From assembly GCF_964204645.1 (NCBI RefSeq), contig NC_134034.1:2046072-2110071 (forward strand): DNA of 64,000 nt, in the 5' to 3' direction. This document shows positions 41,801 to 56,200 of this stretch, piece by piece. The stretch comes from Tubulanus polymorphus (taxonomy: Eukaryota > Animalia > Nemertea). Every line of letters begins with the position of its first letter. Position 1 is the stretch's first letter. A program made the translations under genes and the position numbers. A model generated the notes under the pieces. The model made no database searches, was not told the origin of the DNA, and saw only the letters and a list, made by a program, of their open reading frames with translations.

Positions 41801-44800
41801 CAAGTTGACCTTTACGGCAGATCTAACAGCAGTCTTCGCGTTTGTTTGATAAACAATTTTAGCGGGCCAAAAATGATACATCATAATCGCTACAAGAAAA
41901 AACAAATTTCACAAATAAATCATACGACACGTTTTTCACGAATCGCTTGCACGGTTAATTTTCTTCGATCGCTTCCGAGTCTGAGTTGATTAAAGGAGAG
42001 AAAAAAAAACAATTTGACAGAAATCTAAATCGACATCGCGTCCGTAATCATCGCGCTTCACAGGCGGCGCGGCGATCACGTGACGACGTGGTGCGCACGC
42101 ATGCAGAGCGCGGCGGAAGTAACTAGCTGTCTCGTAATTAGTTAAATTTACGTTCGAACACGGGGAGTAGACAGCGCAAGTTCTGGGAGATGGGGCGTGA
42201 CAACAGACTGACGACGTCATATTAGTCTTTGAACGTCACAGATGTGTGAAGACTGACTACGAAGATGGAACACATATAGATTCAATATTTATCCTGGCTA
42301 CTTCAGGTTCTACACAAACCTTTGCGTTTGGGATCAGTTAAATCATACCGCGTATTGAAATGATCATAGAACAGTGGAACTGACAACGGTGGAACTGGCA
42401 GGGGTTCAGAGTTAACTTTTAAGAAATATAGGATTGAACATATTGACAATAGAATATTTTCTGGGGCCATCTTCACACAAAAATTACACTAACAAAACTA
42501 TGGAACTGGATTCAAAATCAAATTAAAACCCACACAACCGTGGAACTGGATTCAGAGTCAAATTAAACCCACACAACTGTAGAAATGGATTCAGAGTCAA
42601 ATTAAACCCACACGACTGTGGAACTGGATTCAGAGTCAAATTAAACCCACAAAACTGTGGAACTGGATTCAGAGTCAAATTAAACCCACACAACTGTGGA
42701 ACTGGATTCAGAGTCAAATTAAACCCACACAACTGTGGAACTGGATTCAGAGTCAAATTGAAACCCGCACAACTGTGGAACTGGATTCAGAGTCAAATTA
42801 AACCCACACAACTGTGGAACTGGATTCAGAGTCAAATCAAACCCACACAACTGGAACTGGGTTCAGAGTCAAATTAAACCCACACAACTGTAGAACTGGA
42901 TTCGGAGTCAAACTTAACCCACACACATCTGTGAAACTGGGTTCAGAGTCAAATTAAGCCCACACAACTGTCGAATTGGATCCAGAGTCGAATGAAGCCA
43001 AAACCTGTGAAACCGGGTTCAGAGTCTAATTAAACCCACACAACTGTGGAATTGGATCCAGAGTCGAATGAAGCCAAAACCTGTGGAACGTAATCTTCTA
43101 ACGAGACCTATTTTTCATACGATTGTGACGCGTATACGGCTGCTGTTGTTATGAAGTTATCACACTTTACGCGGCCTGTGTATAAATGATGTATTGTTTT
43201 AGATCGCTGATAAATGCCTCCCTCGATCGTATTTAGAAGTGAACGTGATCAGAAATTCTAAATTGGAAAATTCCATCATCCGTTTTTCGTAAAATTACAG
43301 CTCACTAGTGTCTACTGTATCACGCGTGAAACACGTGAAACACGTGCAACAAGGCGCCTTTTCGTTAATTCAGAAATTGGTTTTTACAGATAGCGCGGCG
43401 ATTGCTCATCTTTATACCACTTTCGGGCTTGGGGTAATTTTTCACTTTCATCCTACTGAACGTCCCCTGTAAAAGGTCGTGTACGTAGACCCCTAGGCCC
43501 GGTTTTATAGACTGGTATTGCCTTAAACCTAGTTGTGGCTAACACAATTGAAAATGAATGGAGTTAGCCCCCATGTTAAAAGGTAATACCAGTCTATAAA
43601 ACCGGCCCCTGGGATCCAGTTCTACAGTTTGTGCTGGTTCATTGACTCTGAACACAGTTCCACAGTTGTGTGTGTTTACTTTCACTCTCTTCGTTTTAAG
43701 AGTCCACGGTTAACTTCCCATTGATTGTGGATCCAGTTCCACACACGTTTTTATTTGACTCCCAGCCCAGTAAACCGGTGCTTTTATTTCGAAAAATAAA
43801 CAAAAAGCGTTGTCAGATTTTCTTGATAACAATAATTCTAATCGCCAGACGAACTCGCGTCGGCCATTAGGAACAATGCATCCGTGTTTTAGCGGATTTT
43901 TAGCGATACTCTGTGAGAGACTAAAAGAACTCGACGCGGCGACTACTGATAAAACCTATACCCTTATCGAAACGCCTGCGAGAGATAAGAGATAAACCCT
44001 CAGCCCGCGGATATAAAACAACGTTTTCACGATTGATAAATCTCAATAACTCATCGACGTATTTCCGCTATGCGTTTACTACCGGGCAGACGAAAACCAC
44101 TTGACGATACATAAAGAAAGCAAATTTGATAAAGAATTCAATAACTGCGGAATAAGACCCTAGACCCCGCTAGATATTTACATTAGCCGATTTATTATTT
44201 GCTCGCGTGTCTTCTCGAGACGGTACACAAGAGGTTTCCCTTTCTTATCGCGCCCGAGATGATAAGCTTGTCTCGTAAGCTTTTTCGAATTAGGAAACCT
44301 TCCGAAGCCCTCGGACGACGAGAAGTCAGTTGCGCATCTAACTCTCAGCTGAAATCAGCTCAATTTCGATTTTCTATAAACTCTTGGCTCAAATCTTGGT
44401 TCTGTTAATCAAGTCAGATATTGGGTATAAATTGATCGGAATAGTCCGGCAACCAATCTAGCCCCGATATTGATGACGTAGTGCGCATCCACTAGCACGA
44501 TATTCTAATTGATTATCAAAAATGTATGGAAAATGCATCGGGTGCGTAAGAAAAGGTCCGCAATTTTACCAATGACTGCGACTGCAAAGTGTCTTATTGT
44601 AAAGTAATGTTTATATTCATTGTTTTGATGTTTTCTGATCAGAGTACCAAATATTAAAACCAAATGAGAGCTGACCTCGCATCAAAAGGTCGAGCCTTCG
44701 CCGCTTGGCTTTACCAGGGAAGTGTGACCCTTGCTTTACTGATCTGGTTTAGGCCCACTCATAGTTTATATTGCGCGCCCCTTGGAGGGCCCTAGCCCTA

Positions 44801-47800
44801 CGGGCCTGTTTCACAATTGTAATTGTTATTTTGAAACGTCAATATTGATGACGTAGTCCACATCGACTCGCACAGCCCCTCTTAGATAGCGCGTCGTATA
44901 GCTATCAATGTAAAGAAACATTTTTAACGTTGTCAAAAATGAGTTAAATTGCTATAATTAACTAGAATTTGTGCATGAAAATTCCTGATTTTCCGAAGCG
45001 ATGTTAGTATTAATGATCTATCCGCATAGGGATCACAAGGCCTGAGATACTTTCGGGTGATTAAGCATTAAGAAATAGCAACTTTTCAGAAAACAAGACA
45101 GAGCTAAACAGGAAGTTGATAATCAAGTGTGTTATCGTCATTAGCGATTATTGCTTATCCACAACAGTTAGTATGATTCCGATGATGTCATATAGGTGGA
45201 GCTTTCTTTTCAACCAGGGTTTAAAATAGATGGAAATATGAATTGCGTGTCCGAAATTCGTCCGACCGAAGCTATATTGAAAGGTTTCAGCTATATCTAT
45301 AAATGCCGCGGAGATAGAGCTTTTCCGTTTTGTTTGCGTAGGGCTTCAAAGACACAACGACGCGATACGTTGGTTATCCAGGCATCAATCTGTATTTGTA
45401 ACATGGTACCCTTCAACTCGTCAGGTATTCACCACGTATATTGTAGTGTGAAGTGTGGACGATCAGTTTTTGAAAGTGTGCTGATAAAATGTCTCTAGTC
45501 TGATGTTTGTCGTTCATTCATTTTGAATTTTGGATTTGAAATGTCTCGGGCGAAGTTCTTAACAAATGTGAAGTGTGGATGATCAGTTTTTGAAAAATTA
45601 GCCGATAGAATGTCTCTAGGTCTGGTGTTTGTAGTTCATTTCTAATTTCAAATGTCTCAGGTGAAGCACTGAACACATGTGAAGTGTGGATGATCAGTTT
45701 TTGAAAGTGTGCTGATAAAATGTGTAATGTCTGTAGTTAATCTCCAATGAAAACTATATCAGATGAAGTACTGAACGCGCACGCAGGACTGGACAATCAA
45801 AACCTGGAAGAATGGTGATAAAATATCAAATATCTGCCGACGGGGCAGGCTTCAGATTGACACCTGCACGCGAAAACACAACATCGTGACAAATCAAAAA
45901 TCTAAAAAGAAGTCACAAGAAGAAAGAAGCAAAATCCGTCGTTGTAAGTCACTTCAGGTCTAGTAAAACCGGTCTATTTTTTCCTATCTAACGAATGCTG
46001 ACGTGCGGCACCGTAATGTAATTACCACGTGTTATGAGTCATACGTGTAAGTGCCGCAGACGTCAAACTTTGTGGCGACGACGACGGTGGCGATGATTTT
46101 TTCGTCAAACAAAAATGACTTTGCAGAAATCTTTTGACGGAGAAAGAATCATCACGAACATCTCATCCGCAAGAGAGAGAGAGACACAGCTATCTTTCTT
46201 CGTGTGCGAATATATTGATACTCCGCGACTCAACGTCGCAGCTCAATGTGAAGGGGTTCGACAAGAACCCTGTTTTACAATCACGCGTAATGGGTTCACC
46301 ACGAACCCACGTTTTTTGAATACAAAAAACCCTCAAAACTAAGTATGTTTTTGATAACGTTGGGAGTTCATCAAAAAGCTATGGACCGAGTTAGAATAGT
46401 TGTAACTGTTCTTTTCTTTGCAGCTTTATTCTCATTCAAACTTGTTACCAACAATAAGTTTTAACCTTCAGCGGCCAGTTGCACAGTCGTGGCTTACATT
46501 TGAAACCAGCCTAAGCTCATTTTGGGTATAAGCCAATAGAATATCTTAAGACCAGTCGTAGCCCAATAACCTATCAAACAATTGGGTACGGTCTAGCTAC
46601 CCCCCCCCCAAAAAAAAAATAAACTTTACCGGACCGCCATGTTTGTTCTCGGTCATCACCTTAAATCGGGTTCATTTCCAAGAGTACGCGTAGTACGTGG
46701 GCGCACTATTTCCGGTTCCGGAGTGTAGCTCGAGTAATATTGAATATAATAATATTCGTGATTAATATTAGAATGATATTCATTGTATTTCATGTGGTCA
46801 CAACAGTTTATTAGGTTCCCCGCACTAAGTAAGTATATATAAGGGTCCATTAGTTATATTAATATTTTACTGTCGTGACTGAAAGCAAGTAATTCATTGC
46901 TATGTAATGAATAGCGTTCAGATTTCTACAATCATAGGTAAAAGTAGGTGTAACCTAACTTATTATATACAGGTGCCGACCAAGCGACAAAGCTAATGGT
47001 TTTACAGATATGTTTAGGGCAAATTGATATTCGTTCGAGGTGATATTCTGGGCCCAGTTCCAAAGTCTTCCTTTCCGCGGTCCTAAGCTTATGCCTGGTC
47101 TCACATCTAGTCGTAAGTTGTTGGAATGGCTGCATAACTAAAATGAGCTTAGACTGGTCCTAAGTTGTTAGATTGGCTATAGAACCAAAATGAGCTTAGA
47201 CCGATCAAAATGAGCTTAGACCGATCTAACTGGTTGTTAGAAATGCTATAGAACTAAGTTAGTCTGAAACTGGTCTAAAATTTCAGACAATGACTTAGTG
47301 CAACCCTGTGGTTAGTTTGCTTGGTGAGTTCGATATTAGTACCCGCTCGACTCGTCCGCGTTTCAATAAAATGGCGTCATTCATCATCGTCAAATTGTGT
47401 CGAAAATTTCGACGGTTATTAAAAACTAGCACATCATTTTTTTTCTGATTGTCGGCTGTCGACGGATTCTTTGTTCGAGTAGTGAATACCTCGTAGCGCT
47501 GTTTCATGTTTACACAAAACAGACGAAGATGATTTATTATTTGTTTTGTCACCATCTGAGGAGAGGAAGGAACTGATAATGTTATGACGTTCCGATGTTC
47601 CGATGTTCCTTATATTCTGTCGTCTGCCGTTACAACGTCTCAAGTACAGATTTTACGAGAGTCGCGTTGCTGCCATATAAGTTATAGTTTTCTGGAAACC
47701 CCGCGTATCCGATTGGGGATGCTACTGTGGCAATAGAAGATCCACTGGGGGCGCTAGTGTGAAGTCGGTCTTGCTCATCGGGGGAGGCATGATAACGTTT

Positions 47801-49503
47801 CATGGGTTCGAGTCCCATGACTGCTCGCAGTGTAATAGGATTATTCTTGTGGAAAACCACGACCCCGAACGACGTTCAGCGAGATCTTGCACACGGGTAC
47901 TGACAATGCTGCTGTGGCAATTGTGGATCCACTAGGTGTCGCACTAGTGCGGTTAGTCTTGGCGACTTTTCGAACTACATTTCATTTTTTACCGTACTTT
48001 ACCGAATTATATAAAAACTACTTAAATCCAAATACCCTTTCGGAACCTTGATGTTTTAAAAAGTCCAACTTTTAAACTGGCTTAATTTATCAAATAAGGT
48101 CTAGATGTATATATATCCATCCGGTAGTGTGTGTAAATAGTATGTTGTAAATAACGTTTGTTATATTTCAAAAGACTTTTATTTTCTTTTTTTTGTAAAT
48201 AATTATAAATACTGTTTTTCCTCCATATACCATGGAAATGGTTGGGGTGAAATGAATATTCGTTTTCGTATTCGTATTCAAGTTATTATCATCTTATCTC
48301 ACCACGTAACATGGGTATATGAAACAATGCTACTGATGTACCAATCGATCCGAAATACACAAAGAATAAGGATTCATTTGTAGAACACACGAAATCCCAA
48401 TCAGTTATTTGTATGTTTTCAAAACTCTAGTTATCAGCGGGGCCGCTTTGAAAAAGCTCTATGAACCGTTGTTCGACTGTCTGAGTTGAATTGAAGAAAC
48501 GAAAACGTCACCAAACGAAGACGTTCACAGTCGCCTCAAAGACGATGCTTCGTTCTCCGTTGAGAGCCATTAATTATAGATATCATTGGCGATATAAATG
48601 CGAGTTGGCAGTTTGCTTTTAACAGGATGACAACAACTCGACAACCAGTATAGAGAGATCACAGTGCGGAGTGTGTAATTACGGGGAATCACGGCTAGCT
48701 GTAAGGCACGCCCGACATATCGCACCGCCGTTCAACCCACACCGCAATCATAATAACAGTCGCTACCCTTATACGCTCTCCCTGTTTAACTCCGCCGCAC
48801 GCGCTATTTGAAGTTGTAACGCAGGTCTTGCGCTGCGAAATGGCGCATAAAGATCAGGAGATTATTGCCGGTGCTTATCGCTTAGAGGTCCGTTATTTGC
48901 TGCGCCCGTATCGGCGGATGAACATCAAAAGAGTTTTATCACTATGATCATAACCTAGGCGATATACTGTATGGTCAACCACGTTTAACGGGCTATGTAA
49001 GATCGTTATCATGACGTATTTCGAATCTGACCAATCGTCGCTAGATATAGATATTGCGCAGTTAGCTGAACCGGGGGTCAGCGTAATGCGTGATATACAG
49101 TTACAAGCTCATTTTGTTTCTATGGTCGATCTTACCACTTAAGACCAGTCTGAGCTCATAATGGTTTTATAGCCAATCTATCAACTTAATTAAGACCGGT
49201 CTAACAACTTAAGACCAGCCATTTTGGCTCAGCCAGTCTTTACTCAAATATAACAACTAAACCTTTTGTATATAACAACTTAAAAATGATGAACCATGTG
49301 AACCATGCAACGTTAAGTTCTAGTAAAAAGCCCATCCTAAAATTATAAAAGTTTAAGTTGGGTTCACCTACCTGATCATTCTTGAATGTCACCGACTTTT
49401 TGTTCGACGTTTCATTTTCATGGTTCGAATTATAGACGGCGCCACATGTCGACAAAACAACGAGACACGTGACCGTGACGTAGCTCAGAAAGTTGGCTGC
49501 CAT
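38846..49503 (-). CDS. Uncharacterised secreted protein (~242 aa) with Ig-like C-terminal segment and polybasic tail; exons 49503-49372, 47555-47343, 40742-40640, 39126-38846
   Basis: Signal-peptide-like N-terminus (MAANFLSYVTVTCLVVLSTCGA). Four GT-AG-bounded exons join in frame (phases 0,0,1; 729 nt). LHNVTRKNTGSYIVRIKSPYG resembles Ig E-F strands. Extra exons cannot be excluded. Confidence 0.65.
42490..43090. repeat. ~39-bp minisatellite (cacacaactgtggaactggattcagagtcaaattaaacc)
   Basis: About 15 copies; the core matches the TIR of MITE family C. Confidence 0.9.
43496..43608. mobile_element. Harbinger-like MITE, uninterrupted family A copy
   Basis: TIR ccggttttatagactggtatt / aataccagtctataaaaccgg; followed by CTG and another MITE-like end. 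Confidence 0.65.
45445..45830. repeat. ~87-110-bp tandem repeat family (gaagtgtggatgatcagtttttgaaagtgtgctgataaaatgtct...)
   Basis: Second array at ~57790-58190. Confidence 0.85.
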
Positions 49504-50636
49504 ATTTGTGAAATTAACCCCTGTAATATAGAAAAAAAACGATGATACCCAATTAGATAGAAAAACTTTACGCTCGGAGAGTGATCACAATAGCAAAAAG
49601 CCGTTTAGTCAGCCGAAGTACATTGAAAATTGAAGTAAAAAGCCTCAACCATGAATTGCCATTTTCAAAAACTAAGAGAATAGTGATGTTTAGACTCAAG
49701 TCTATGAACCATTTCCAAAAAAAACTAAGAGAATAGTAACGCTTAGACTCAATTCTATAATTGTGGTTTTTTCAGGCGAACTATAGACAATCACTTGTTT
49801 ATGGAAATCATTCAATCTAGACTCGACTAAAGATTCTAGATCTAAAATTTAGATTTCACGCCGTTGTTGACTTTGTGAGGAATTTCACCGCATGCAATAG
49901 AAAACGGTTGAAACATTTTTAAATGAAAATGTTTGGTTTGGTCTAGAGCGCTCTCTCGGACCTGGCACGTGATGGAGAGGTCATTAAGAGGGCTGGGTGT
50001 TAATTAGATATTAAAACGCGCGCAGATGTTTTCGATGGTTATTTTTTCTAGATGAAATAACAAATTTCACTCGACCGAGTTCTTCCCGGGATTCGATATC
50101 CATCTCAACGAGGGGTTATTCCGTACAAACTATCTAATAAACTCATTACGAAGTTATTGGCCCATATATGAGTTGTGACGGGCAGAGGAAGCCGTATATC
50201 TAATAAAAAGTTTATTTTCAAACAGTTTTGAGATTAATTCTAAACCTCATACCCGGAGACAGAGGAACTGAAATAATACGATAATGAATTACAGTAAAAG
50301 TTTCTGCTGATGACGAAATTCAGTCAAAACTTCGCGAAATTGTCAGAATAAACTGTTATATCATCAACTGTGTGGATTTTACTCATTAACTCTGGAATTC
50401 TTGATTTATATCAGGCTGCTACCAGGCCTATGTTCCTGCGCCCCTGTGGGGCAATACCCATTTTTTCGGCAATTATTTCGAAATATGTTTTATGTTTTTC
50501 GAAATATGTAGTTGAATGTTTTGCAGCCTTTAGTTGTTTTTTAAAGAACCCGCGCAGAAAATAAATTCGCGTAACTCAAGCGCTGTATAAAAAGTCATCT
50601 TTTTCTCGTAATGATCATAGCGAAAAAAAGGATTAC

Positions 50637-51085
50637 CTGATATTCATCGTAAAGCGGTCCCTCGGTTCCATCGTGTTTAACAATTTCAGCGCCGACATTC
50701 GACTGCAAACTTCCGAAGCGAATTGAATTGCGCACTGCCTTACTCTCCTAGTCTCTGATCTCGCGAGTCTCTCTCTCCGTCTCACTCACTCTCAGTCAGG
50801 CGTTGTTGAAAATCTCCCGAGTCAAATGATCTCACGTACCTCGTCGCCGTACACTTCGCGCTCGGAACAAAAATCGTCGTCGACTTTTTATTATTTCGAA
50901 AGTAGATAAAAAAAACTTGGATTTCGTTTCTACGATTTTTTTTCGTTAAAGGAAATATTTCTGTGTAAATTCCGCTCCGTCGTTCGGAGAGTGGAATTGA
51001 TAATCGGGGATTCTTCCTCCAGCCGTAGACGAACACACGAGCGTGCACGTGACTGTTTGTGAAATGCCATCGCTGCGCATGCGTG
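50637..51085 (-). promoter_or_regulatory. Probable promoter and non-coding first exon(s) of the secreted-protein gene
   Basis: CpG-rich; minus-strand donors CAG|GTAATC (50636) and GAG|GTACGT (~50839); E-box CACGTG ~51046 and TGCGCATGCG ~51074; matching acceptor just upstream of the ATG at 49521. Confidence 0.4.
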
Positions 51086-53112
51086 AATCTAGACGACGCA
51101 CTTCAACTTTCATATGGTTTCGACTATAAGTGGCCGCGGAACCAATAATCGAACGGTCTATATAGGCCTATAGTGCGGTCTTTAGCACGCCTTCGCGGCC
51201 ATCTTGAAACTAGGTCCGGACTACAACGACCGTGCTCAATCCCGTGGTCGACTATTCCCGCACAGGTAGTTCCTACTCTGACATTCGGTTTCACTTAGTT
51301 CAACAATAGTCGACTAACTCCGATTAGGGATTATATTTGGCTTATTATTGATTATTCTTCGCGAACAGATATTCAAAATTGGAAAAAGAATTCTTCGAAA
51401 AATAAAAGTTTTCAGTAGATGAATGTAATAAGTGTAATAATCCTGAGACCAGTTTTATAGACTAGTGACTGGTCAACTTCATCATAGTGGTTTACTTATC
51501 ACCCCGAGTCAAAGTTAAAACAGGTCCATAAATCCAGCCCTTAGTTCAATTCCCGTTTAATAGCCAACGATGTGCCCCTTGAATTCTAGGATTTTGTGGC
51601 CAGTTCCATGAGTGAGAGCCAGTATGACTCACAACTCCATAAATGTCACACGAATCCGTAGAGTTCAGTGGATCGCTGACATCGTCGTGAACTAGGTTTT
51701 TACTCTCAAAAGTGGGACCGGCAAAAAAGGTCCGCTAAACCCGATTTAAGGTTCGGGAAATATGTTCGGAAGTCAGAAAAGTGATTTCGTTTTAGTTCGG
51801 GTGAGTCCTAAGTCCGAATCTGACATGTCCGGAGAAAAGCGAGGCTTACTGTAGATCTATCACTATGGACCCGACAGCGACGAAACGTGCTTGATCTTAT
51901 ACATATTTCGCGACGTTGTGTCAAAACAAACAGACCACGGGTCAGAGATTCTCCAAATATATGTATTCAGATTGCAGACCGACGACAAGTTAGGAAAATA
52001 AAAAACAGCAAGTTTGAAGGACTAACTATTATACGCGCCTTTGATGAAGAAAAAGCAACTGAACTGTCATTGAAGCACGGTCGTTTTTATTTGATTTCCT
52101 ATTCACTTCATTGTATCGCCACCTAGTTTCCTTGCTGTAGTATCATATTTTGTTTTACATTTCACATATTTTATTTGCAAATATTCTCTATTCCTATGTT
52201 ATCCATTATAAAAGCGATTATAAATGTATGTCCACTCTTGTACTGTTTTCCCTGTGTTTTGATGTTAATATTTTATTGCATGTCATTTCCTATGTAACTT
52301 GTATATTATATGGAGCAATAAAATTGAAGTTCAAGTTCAAGTTCAAGTTAAAGAAACTAAAACAAACTTCAATCTTTCATTTAAAGAAGCAGAAATATGC
52401 TTGAGACTAATGACGTAGATGTCTTGCATCCACGTGACCGACGCCATATTGGTTGGCGAACACAATAACTGATTTTCGTGATTGACGCTCAAAGTTTGAT
52501 CGGTTCCTTCACAGTGACGGCTTTCAAGACCAGTAGTTATATAGCCAATGTAACTCTTAATATTTAGGACCACTTTTGGACTTAAGTCTCGAATATGGAC
52601 CCTTTTCACTCAGCACTGATAGTGCTTACCCCTGACGGAGCAAGATTGACTTCACACTAGCACCCCCTAGCGGACTCTCGATGATCACCGTAGCATTGGC
52701 AGTGCGCTTAGAAGATTATATCTTCAAACGAGTGCCATCTAGTGAATCATCGATAGCCACAGTCCGTTCTGCGCGCGTCTCCAAATATCTAGTCAGAACT
52801 TCTAAAATCCTATCTTTTACTTGTCAAATATTTACCGTTTATTGTACACTGTTATTATCATAGTCAGTTTGTTTTCGTTTTTAATATGACCGGTTGTTGT
52901 TCCATTTGTTTTGCCAGACGACGATCGTACGTGTTACCTTTATTTATTAGAGCTGCCAAACCTCGAATGTTCTTGGATTCGCGAGTCAATAGAAAATAAT
53001 ATGCAGTAACGGTTAGACTTGCGACAAAAGATGGCACTTAGCCAATCAATAAGTCTAATTTATGTATCTTGATATGGTTGGGAATAGTTTTACTGTATTT
53101 GCTTTGTTTGTG

Positions 53113-53200
53113 AAGGGGATAGCGCGTACGCAGTCCCCCACTACCAGAAATTGTACACCCGAGTCTCCCACATTTGGGGAGATCGTATGGGTCAACCAGT

Positions 53201-53202
<2 letters not shown>
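53113..53202 (-). ncRNA. U1: U1 snRNA, 3' half (end of SL2, SL3, Sm site, SL4) of an interrupted gene
   Basis: Minus strand AGACTGGTTGACCCATACGATCTCCCCAAATGTGGGAGACTCGGGTGTACAATTTCTGGTAGTGGGGGACTGCGTACGCGCTATCCCCTT matches the metazoan U1 3' half. Confidence 0.95.
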
Positions 53203-53241
<39 letters not shown>

Positions 53242-56200
53242 CTCAGATACTACCATATATATTGAAAGCCTAAAAATTTTAAATGATGAGCTGTAGTAAT
53301 TAGAGAGAGATTCGACTATGTCTATAGAAAAGTGTTCAAATAGGTATGTTAAAGTTAAGTTGGCGGCTGATGTTTATTGAGAGCTAAGAGCTAAAAGCAG
53401 TGAAAATGAAGCGAGTTTGATATGGCAGTCGGTCTCGTATCCTAAATATCGGATACGATAGTCCTTCATCATTGGCTTTTTTGTTTTTGCTTAGGGTTAG
53501 GTGTATTTGGATTTTGGTAGGTTAGTTTCCTGTTGTTTGACTATGTGCTGCAAGAAAGGGGGACATTGTAATAGTTAAACAGTTAAATAAGCATTTAAAT
53601 ATTTGAAAAGTTGGAAAAGTCTTCTGCTTTTCGTCTCGAGGAAAGAGGAACCTGAAAAGGAATTAAGAAATTTCTTTGAATTAATGGCGCGCTGCGCTGC
53701 GCTGGCGCTGCAAATTTGCTTTGCTTATTCGCTGGTACCGATAGTAATAATTTGGTGTAGTCAAAGGATTTTCTGTATAAGTTATAGTACGTACAGGTGG
53801 GATAGTACTAAATACGTGGGATGTAATCTTTTATTATTTATCTAATTTTTACGTAATTACATATACGTATAAGAAACACTGTTTCTTTGTCAGTTAGTCT
53901 AGGATAGAGTTTCGTTGGGTATGTTAGCAGGTAGGGAAATTTTTGGGTTTGTGTCGGAAACGACTATAACACAAGTTTCCTGCGGGGTGTATACATTAAG
54001 AATATGTCAAGACGGGTAGCAACAGCATTTAATAAAATAGTGAACGCTGTTCGGGGGTTATCAGGGTGACGGTTCTGAGTATACATATGTATAATTAGGA
54101 TATTATATAGTTTTGATCTACAGTATGTTGCTATAGCATTACGCACTGTAGATCTGCATAAGGTTTAATGCCATTTTTAGACAATTTATGCTGGATTACA
54201 GCGTGGTATGATATCTATTATAGAGTGTACGTAGCTATTTTCACAGCAGTACGTGCACAAGCTTATGTATAAGGAATACATAAATATGCTTATATATACA
54301 GGTTCTATATAGAGTTGGTGTCAGGAGTTCATCTACCAGTCATTTCACTTTGGGTATTTATAATAGTATCGTTTGAGGGTGGATTTGGAAGTTAGATCAA
54401 GGGGTATTAGAAGTTTTCTATGATCTGTAATGTGTAGCTATATAATATATTTATATATGCATTACACATAAGACAGGTCTGTTTTTGCTGCTGATCTTTT
54501 TGGGCGGTCGTTCGTATCAAGAGACGCCTGTGCATAATGTTTTCCTTGGTACGAGATAAAAGGTGTACCAGTAATGTATATGCCTTGAATTCCTTTGGGC
54601 TTTGACAAACGCAGATCGTTCATGCAGAGGAGACGGTTGTCAGATATACGTATTCGTCGAAAATTGGTAGCGTAATAATGAACGTTACATTTGGGGTAAT
54701 TTTCAATTGTGGGGTATCAGAGTGAATATTCTGATTTTGCAGAAGTCTAGTCGGGAAACTAGTTTTGATCTATAGTGTGTAGCTTTGTGCATTACACAGT
54801 ACAGATCTGCAGATTTGCCGTTTTCTGAAGTGTACGTAGCTATAAATACAGCAGTACGCACAGATGCATATGTATAAAAATACATACCTATATATGTATA
54901 GTTGGTCTTACAGCCGCTTCGCTTGGGGTTTTACCAAGATAACGTATTATGGTGGTTTATACGGTGTGTAGCTATAATATATGTTGAAGCAGTACACGCC
55001 TGTATTAACCCACAATTTTATACAGCGGTGATAGTCTTTCAGATATTCTATATCTCAGCATGTGTAGTGCAGATACAGAGATTATTGAAAAGTAAAAGGG
55101 AGGTTCCGTTCATGTCAATACATATTTGACTTCCAGGTTTAAACTCCTCTTTTCAAAGCGTATTTGGAGAGGATGGTTCTATAGTATAGTGATCACACAT
55201 ATGAAGAGTTTGGTATTATATGGTTGTGTAGCTATTATTGTACAGCAGTACACACTCTAAACAACCCTGTACTTTTATGTACAGTCACGTAGAAACGCCT
55301 GGAGGAAAAGGAAAGAAAAAGTTGCCGTTGGTTTCAATCTTTCTATTAGCAAGCAGAGAGAGGATCATATGGGTTATAGTCTTTACATATTTGAAAGTAG
55401 ATTCGTTACAAATTAGGATCACGCGTGTGTCGAGCCAGGTTCATATTGGGATATTGTATATATGTTTATAAACGTATTACACGCATGTAAAGAGAATATG
55501 ATTTGTGGTGGCGGATTTCCTGAGTTTTAATGTACGGGCATTCAAGCGTAGTATAAATGGTTATAAAGGGTTTGCCCCGATATTATTTTTGAATATGTAT
55601 GAAATTTTAGTGATGTATACGTACATATCTACATATACCGACATATACATACGTATTCATATATACACACATATACATATAGACGTTGTGTTTTTGAAAA
55701 ATAATACCAAAATAATACTGCGTACATAGACTCAACAGTTGTTTACGATATATTAGTATTTCTGATTTTATTTTCTCTTCTAAACTTTGCTATTTGATTT
55801 TTAAATTCTAGTATAGGGGGTATAGGTATAACGTTTTTATGCTTAGTTTGGTTTCTGTGTTTCCAAATGATGAATTTATAGGTTGTGATAAATATATTGG
55901 CGTTGTTCTCAGCCTGTTTGTCTTTGTACTTAAATTTAGGATGAAAGAAAAATATCAGTTCCCTATCGAGGGTATTGTTCAATAAGGTATCTGAACTCGT
56001 ATTTTTCAGATATTCAAGCAGAGAAGTTTTTATGGGTTGTATATGTTGACACAGTATAAAGGTGTGATCTAAGGTTTCTTTTTGATTACAGTGTGGGCAG
56101 AAGGCAATGTATTTACCCTTTGACATGGGTAGTACATCATGTACAATCCTGTAGTTCAGTTCCTGGAAGTTGTCAGGCATTGTTTTTGACCAGATGATTT

